DNA of 64,000 nucleotides from Candidatus Babeliales bacterium (GTDB lineage Bacteria; Babelota; Babeliae; Babelales; JBFXEV01): NCBI GenBank assembly GCA_050179755.1, contig JBFXEV010000001.1, positions 1,033,994 to 1,097,993 of the forward strand, read 5' to 3'. Shown piece by piece: positions 58,840 to 64,000 of this stretch (position 1 is its first letter; each line of letters starts with the position of its first letter). The notes under the pieces were generated by a model. It saw only the letters and a program-made list of their open reading frames with translations, ran no database searches and was not told where the DNA came from. The position numbers and the translations under genes were made by a program.

Positions 58840-59313
58840 TTAATCCTTAATTTGTTTAATGAGTAATAATTTACATACTTGATCATAAACTTTTGCTATC
58901 TCTTTAATGCTGTTTGGTGTTACAAACACCACATTTTCTCCGGCGAGCGTGCCAAGTATGTTAATGGTAGTGCCGTGTGCATCAAGATAATCACCTACAA
59001 AATCGGCAAGGCCAGCTAACGTATGCACTACAATGAGTGTTTCATTGTGCACCACTTTGGTGATGGCAAGGCGCAAAATTTCTTTTGCAGGGTCAGTTTT
59101 TTCCTCTGGTAGTTCGTAAATTAATTTATTTTCTATCGGTGTTTTGGTGACTCCCAATTTATGTAACTCGCGGGAAACAATTGTCTGATTGGTATCTATG
59201 CCATATTTAAGCCTAAGCAACTCTATGAGCTTATGCTGATCGGTAATCTCATACGTTTGAATGAGTTCTTTTATGGCCTTTTGGCGTTCGGTTAATTTGA
59301 TTTCTTGTTTCAT
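58840..59313 (-). CDS. argR: Arginine repressor
   Basis: RQKAIKELI...QTIVSRELHKLG winged helix; VVHTLAGLA, ILGTLAGEN. Confidence 0.9.
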   Translation of the reverse strand: MKQEIKLTERQKAIKELIQTYEITDQHKLIELLRLKYGIDTNQTIVSRELHKLGVTKTPIENKLIYELPEEKTDPAKEILRLAITKVVHNETLIVVHTLAGLADFVGDYLDAHGTTINILGTLAGENVVFVTPNSIKEIAKVYDQVCKLLLIKQIKD

Positions 59314-59835
59314 ATTGATTGCCTTTCTTCCACTTTTGATAAATACGGCAATTTCCGCATTGTAGTGTGAATGTTGCGTAGTATAACCCCTCGCAATTCA
59401 CTTTCTGTCCACGGGCCACGAGAGAGAAATTTTTGTACTAACATCATATGATCCTCTACTATACACAGGATTAATTTTTCAGTGATTAGTTTGCCCACAT
59501 CTCTACCAAAACTTTTTCGGTTATTAAAGATAATGAAGCATGGAATAATATGTTGTACTTCTGCGGGGACACACCGTTGTTGCTAGTACTTTGCGTGTAT
59601 GCCAGTGTATTCCTATGTTTGTAGTAATTGCTAATAAAGAATCATTATTGGCAGAATTGCTTGAGAGCGCAGTGCTCAGAGCATCAGGACGTTCTTCAAT
59701 AAGTGCTTGTATTTCATTATAGGCGTTTGCTTTAACTGCTTGTGTGAGAGCACAGGTAGTGCTCTTCATAGCATTAATTATGCACACTTGAAGGCCAATT
59801 AAGGTGGCAAAAGCCAATAAAAGTAATTTTTCCAT
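59310..59835 (-). pseudogene. Frameshifted exported protein sharing the C-terminal domain of the ankyrin proteins
   Basis: ORFs 59524-59835 and 59310-59498 join by removing one C of the run at 59565-59568: LATTVCPAEVQHIIP...FGRDVGKLITEKLI. Confidence 0.7.
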
Positions 59836-59850
59836 GAGTTTTTCTCTGTA

Positions 59851-59907
59851 AATGAATAAATATTATCTTCTACTTAGAATAATAATTCATTTTGCGTTAA
59901 AAGTCAA
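59851..59907 (-). promoter_or_regulatory. Sigma70 promoter overlapped by candidate ARG boxes
   Basis: TTGACT(59907-59902)-17 bp-TATTAT(59884-59879); ARG-like ttagaataataattcatt (59874-59891, 1 mismatch) and aatgaataaatattatct (59851-59868, 2 mismatches). Confidence 0.6.
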
Positions 59908-59973
59908 GTAATAAGTGTTGATTGTGAGGAGAAGCCCAGTAATCAGGGCATTACTAGGCTCACAAAAGGTGCT

Positions 59974-60903
59974 CTAAGGCTTAGATTGCATTTTTGGTGA
60001 TGTGGCGATCATTTTATGTATCGTTTGTAAAATAGTAATTTCTAATTCTTTGGCGGCAACTTGCGGGAGCAATTTTTTGCCTAATGTTATCTTACTTTTC
60101 ATTATTGCAGGAATTAATTGTGTGGCAATCAGTAAGGCAACATCTTTACCAAAGATAGTTTTCTTGCCTGGATCATTACAGGGGTTAGTTAAACTAATGA
60201 GTGCCGGAATAATATGCTTAATTTCTTGTGGAGCTAGTGTTGTTGCTAATGCTTTTCTAGTACGTTGGCTTCGCTTTGAGGAAATTTCCAGTAAAGTAGT
60301 GCCCGTGGCATCGGCAGTGTTTATATCAGCGCCAGCTTCAATGAGTATTGGAATCGCTTGCCATACGTCTTTTTTTACTGCTAAAAATAAGGGTGTTTCA
60401 CCGCATCCGTTTGGTGTGTTTACGCGCGCTCCAGAGTTTATGAGTGTTTTTATGCCAGAAAGAGCACATACTCGCACGGCAGCGTGTAATGGCGTATTAA
60501 GCCTTTGATCTTGCGCATTGGGATCAGCACCCCACGCAATTAATATTTGTGGCGTGATTGGACTGGTAGTTGTTTTGCTAGGTGCACTATAAAATGCATA
60601 GTGTAAAGGTGTTGCTCCGCGTAAATCACGAATAGTTGGCTTTGCCCCTGCATCTAAAAGACATTGTGTCTTTACACTATCATTATTGCGGGCTGATTCA
60701 AATAATGAGTTATCCATCAGCCGTCGCTCCTCTGGAGCTTCCGCTACGCCTAAGCTAGAGCATGTCCAGATGGCGTAATTGGTATCACGACGTCCTTCGA
60801 CAAGCTCAGGATGAGCGGATTTTGGCGAAGTCTGATTCATTGCCTTAACTTGCCCTGACAAAATGTAGGCAAGAATGGCTGCTAATTGAAAAAATGGTTT
60901 CAT
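59974..60903 (-). CDS. Secreted ankyrin-repeat protein with in-frame palindromic-element insertion
   Basis: GATPLHYA, NTPLHAAV, GETPLFLAV; repeats at 60720-60819. Confidence 0.9.
   Translation of the reverse strand: MKPFFQLAAILAYILSGQVKAMNQTSPKSAHPELVEGRRDTNYAIWTCSSLGVAEAPEERRLMDNSLFESARNNDSVKTQCLLDAGAKPTIRDLRGATPLHYAFYSAPSKTTTSPITPQILIAWGADPNAQDQRLNTPLHAAVRVCALSGIKTLINSGARVNTPNGCGETPLFLAVKKDVWQAIPILIEAGADINTADATGTTLLEISSKRSQRTRKALATTLAPQEIKHIIPALISLTNPCNDPGKKTIFGKDVALLIATQLIPAIMKSKITLGKKLLPQVAAKELEITILQTIHKMIATSPKMQSKP
60720..60819. repeat. Family A and family B palindromic elements inside a CDS
   Basis: gccgtcgctcctctggagct (cf. 87-117) and tccttcgacaagctcaggatgagcgga (cf. 30999-31025). 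Confidence 0.8.
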
Positions 60904-60984
60904 GAATTATTAATTTCTCTGTTAATTAAGATATTCCGTGCTATTGTATTGCAGTTTTGTAAGTGAAGTAGTTATGATGCATCA

Positions 60985-61683
60985 TCATTCAATAAATTGT
61001 GTAATCTTTGAACAAATATTCAGCGTTTCTTTGCTTGCGCAATATTCAGTAATCTTGCCACGTTCAAGATAATACACCCGGTCAATAACTTGGCGTATAA
61101 AACTTGTGTCTTGGCTTGAAAGACCAATAGCAATTCCTTGTGTTGCCAAATTTTGCAAAATGCTCACTAAAATAGTGGTGTTTTCAGGATCAAGTGATGC
61201 GGTGGGTTCGTCGAGCAATAAAACTCTTGGATTCAAGCATAATGCTCGTGCAATGGCAACGCGTTGCTGCTGACCGCCAGAAAGTTCTTGCGGATATTTT
61301 TGCGCATATTCTTGCATGCCAAGTTGTTGCAAAGTATCATGTGCACGTTTTTCGGCTTCTGGCGTGGCTACGCCTTGCACGAATAATGGGTCACTGCAAT
61401 TTTGCAGGGCCGTTAAGTGTGGGAACAAATTAAAATCTTGGAATACAAAACCAATCTGTTGTGAGCGTTCTTTTGCAGAAAGTGAACTTAATTGCTTGTT
61501 GTTAATTGTAATGCTTCCACGAGTTGTGGTGATAAGCCCTGCAAGGGCTTTTAGTAACGTTGTTTTGCCCGCACCACTTTTACCAATACATGCGGTAATG
61601 CGCCCTGGCTCTAGTGCACATGACGCTTCAGAAAGTATTGTTTGATTGTTTATGAGTAACGTAATGTTATTAGCGATAACCAT
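60985..61683 (-). CDS. Polar amino-acid ABC transporter ATPase
   Basis: GKSGAGKTT, VFQDFNLFPH, LSGGQQQR. Confidence 0.92.
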   Translation of the reverse strand: MVIANNITLLINNQTILSEASCALEPGRITACIGKSGAGKTTLLKALAGLITTTRGSITINNKQLSSLSAKERSQQIGFVFQDFNLFPHLTALQNCSDPLFVQGVATPEAEKRAHDTLQQLGMQEYAQKYPQELSGGQQQRVAIARALCLNPRVLLLDEPTASLDPENTTILVSILQNLATQGIAIGLSSQDTSFIRQVIDRVYYLERGKITEYCASKETLNICSKITQFIE

Positions 61684-62326
61684 ATGATGTCCTTTGTTCA
61701 GTGTAAACTAAAGCGCCTTGGAGCACTGCAGAAAGTAGTAAGTACAGACAAGCAATTAAAATATAAACGGGCACGGGGTTAAGTTCCCGCGAAATAATAT
61801 TCATACCAGCACGCGTTAGATCCATCACGCCAATTGCTGCAAAGAGAGCAGTGCTTTTTAGTATTTGTTCACCTTCACCAAAAAGTGCTGGCGCAATGGT
61901 GCGTATCGTTTGTGGCAAGATAATGCGTTTGAGCGTCGGTAATAATGGATAGCCAAGTACGCTGCATGCTTGCCATTGCCCTTTGGGGACGGCATTTATG
62001 CCAGAGCGAATAATTTCAGTAACATAGCCGCTTGAACAAAAAGCAAGTGCGCCAGATGCCGCTATAAATCCGGATAGATTAATGCCAAGGAGCGCAGGTA
62101 GCGCAAAGTATGCAATAAGAATTTGCACGTAGGCAGGAATACCTTTTGCAATAAACGTGTAGATCCTTATGCACGTTTGCAGTCGTTTATATGCCAAGTA
62201 TCTGCAGCTTACAATGCCAAATATGGTGCCGATGCTGATGCTAATAAGTGCCACTAATAGCCAGGCTGCAACAGTTGTTGCAGCGCCAGTCATAAGTAAT
62301 GATGTATAAGGAGCTATACTTTGCAT
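61670..62326 (-). CDS. Polar amino-acid ABC transporter permease
   Basis: KGIPAYVQ, GQWQACSVLG. Confidence 0.9.
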   Translation of the reverse strand: MQSIAPYTSLLMTGAATTVAAWLLVALISISIGTIFGIVSCRYLAYKRLQTCIRIYTFIAKGIPAYVQILIAYFALPALLGINLSGFIAASGALAFCSSGYVTEIIRSGINAVPKGQWQACSVLGYPLLPTLKRIILPQTIRTIAPALFGEGEQILKSTALFAAIGVMDLTRAGMNIISRELNPVPVYILIACLYLLLSAVLQGALVYTEQRTSYGYR

Positions 62327-63105
62327 GAGATTCCCCATTTTAGTTCAAAGGCCCGTAACATGCCCTGATTTTGTAACTGAGCAATGGCATCGGTTATTTG
62401 CTGTATGAGCTTTTTGTTTTCTTTCTTGATGGCAATACCGGTTCCCATTACTTGAAATTCTTCTGCAAGAGGGACTTCAAGAATTTTGGTTTCAGGAAAC
62501 CTGTTTTTAAACTTTGCAGCAATTGCCGGTTCCACGAGCGCAGCTTGTGCTTTGCCATATTGAATCATGAGTAACGCATCATCAACGCGTTCAGTGCTGA
62601 GCTTTGTGATATTTGGATATGTGTTGAGCACAGCTTCTTGTGATGAAGCAGGCTCCACACATATGGTCATGCCATTCATATCAGCAATGCTTGTAATGCC
62701 TTGTGGTATCTCTTTCCAAAATAGAAGTGAATAAGCGTTTACATCATCACCTTGATAGCGCACCATGGCAACTTTTTCAAGTCGTGCTTTGGTGATAGAT
62801 AATCCCCAAATTATTGCATCAATGCTGCCTTGTTCAAGTGCAATAAAAAGTGGCGCCATAGAACCTAGATCTTTGAGCACTAATGTTTTGCCCATTTGCT
62901 GTGCAAGAGCATTGGCCACATCAATATCAAAGCCTTCGTAATCGCCTTGCGCGTTTACGCTTACAAAGGGTGCATAATTACCCACGGTGCCAACAACAAA
63001 AACATCACCTTGCGATGATGGTAATGTTGCTTTTTTAAATAGCAGATAACTACCAATTAAAGAAATAAATGCCACAAAAAGCATTATATTTGTTTTATAG
63101 TTCAT
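62314..63105 (-). CDS. Polar amino-acid ABC substrate-binding protein
   Basis: VGTVGNYAPF, GFDIDVA, LSITKAR. Confidence 0.92.
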   Translation of the reverse strand: MNYKTNIMLFVAFISLIGSYLLFKKATLPSSQGDVFVVGTVGNYAPFVSVNAQGDYEGFDIDVANALAQQMGKTLVLKDLGSMAPLFIALEQGSIDAIIWGLSITKARLEKVAMVRYQGDDVNAYSLLFWKEIPQGITSIADMNGMTICVEPASSQEAVLNTYPNITKLSTERVDDALLMIQYGKAQAALVEPAIAAKFKNRFPETKILEVPLAEEFQVMGTGIAIKKENKKLIQQITDAIAQLQNQGMLRAFELKWGISCKV

Positions 63106-63250
63106 AATAAATCCTCTAGTGATATTTGCTCTAAAAGAGTTTACGCAAATAAAACTAACTACAATGTGCGTATTAAAATTAAAATTAAGTTAAATAAAGT
63201 GAGATAAGATGACTTATCCCGAATGAGTTCCATTGGAACGAAATGAGGGA

Positions 63251-63355
63251 TTAATGATGATGTGGATGAGAGAAAGAAGAAATAGAGATAGAGAACGCAG
63301 AGAATGCGCTTGAAATTTGATTGCGGGAAAGAGGGTTGTTTTGAGTAGGTATCAT
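63251..63355 (-). CDS. Putative histidine-sensing leader peptide (34 aa)
   Basis: GGAG RBS, MIPTQNNPLSRNQISSAFSAFSISISSFSHPHHH*, 145 bp upstream of the ABC operon. Confidence 0.65.
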   Translation of the reverse strand: MIPTQNNPLSRNQISSAFSAFSISISSFSHPHHH

Positions 63356-63498
63356 GATTACTCCTTTGATTACCTAACGGAATTATACTGTACAGTAGTT
63401 ACTATAATAAATAAACTTCTATTTGTCAATCTCATAAATTGTTTTAGAAAAGGCGAATGTCATTTTGTGCATTCGCCCATTCAGATAATAATTATAGA

Positions 63499-63753
63499 TT
63501 AGCCTTCAGCAGGTGGATTTGAGTCTGAGTTGTCTCGTGGCTTTGGCTTAAAAAACTTACTTAAGCTCGGGCGGGGGTGATAATGATTGGGGGTCATGTT
63601 GCCTTGATTTTGCATAGTTGATTTACCAACAACATAACCAACTACTAAGCCACTCATGCCTAATGCCGCAGCAGTTTTCTTGGGTCCGCCAGCGTTTGCT
63701 GCTAAGGTAACAAGCGAGCTTGCAAGAATTATTGTTTTGAATATGAGATTCAT
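63499..63753 (-). CDS. Small hypothetical exported protein
   Basis: AAGGA RBS, signal peptide, Gly-rich hydrophobic helix. Confidence 0.7.
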   Translation of the reverse strand: MNLIFKTIILASSLVTLAANAGGPKKTAAALGMSGLVVGYVVGKSTMQNQGNMTPNHYHPRPSLSKFFKPKPRDNSDSNPPAEG

Positions 63754-63797
63754 GAAAATGTTCCTTTCTATAAGGTGTTGTACGATATGCTTGTTTT

Positions 63798-63995
63798 TTA
63801 AGTCAATTTTTGGTCATTAAATTTACAACGCGCAGATTTAAAGCCCTCTTGATATTCAGGACGCTTGTTTTCTAAATACTTAAAGAGCATTACAGTTGCG
63901 CAGGTAGCTGCGCCAAATATGAGCGTGCCTTTACCGAAAAATGAAAAGCATTTCCAGGCGAAAATGGCCTTCTTTGGTGTTGGTATTTTGTGCAT
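63798..63995 (-). CDS. Small membrane protein, possibly truncated by the window edge
   Basis: One hydrophobic helix; frame open to the window end. Confidence 0.5.
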   Translation of the reverse strand: MHKIPTPKKAIFAWKCFSFFGKGTLIFGAATCATVMLFKYLENKRPEYQEGFKSARCKFNDQKLT

Positions 63996-64000
63996 TTGGG

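Noticed and set aside
1..64000. CRISPR array
   Set aside because: No regularly spaced direct repeats with unique spacers, and no cas genes seen

Overview
AT-rich bacterial chromosome segment from what is very likely an obligate intracellular parasite of protists. It carries an Npt/Tlc ATP/ADP translocase, several ankyrin proteins and many signal-peptide orphans; phylum Dependentiae/Babelota (TM6) is my inference. Ordinary content: tRNA-Asn and tRNA-Asp, tag, lepB, alr, surE, add, Lrp/LysE, argR with two polar amino-acid ABC systems, and many kinases, phosphatases and GNATs. Unusual content: (1) a signal-peptide + cleavage-only Hint + PD-(D/E)xK polymorphic toxin followed by an array of silent same-family tips and three immunity paralogs, with a perfect 156-bp exchange block; (2) an EndoU-type toxin/immunity pair bracketed by a 183-bp duplication of the alr 3' end, with similar 3'-end duplications elsewhere; (3) at least 12 secreted proteins whose predicted signal cleavage exposes a new Met, some followed by mitochondrial-presequence-like segments; (4) an unannotated His-tailed leader peptide before an amino-acid ABC operon and a signal-peptide RAPP uORF; (5) two families of palindromic repeats that nest in each other and insert in-frame into genes; (6) a serine-recombinase relic overlapping tRNA-Asp. 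All calls are by eye, without database searches.
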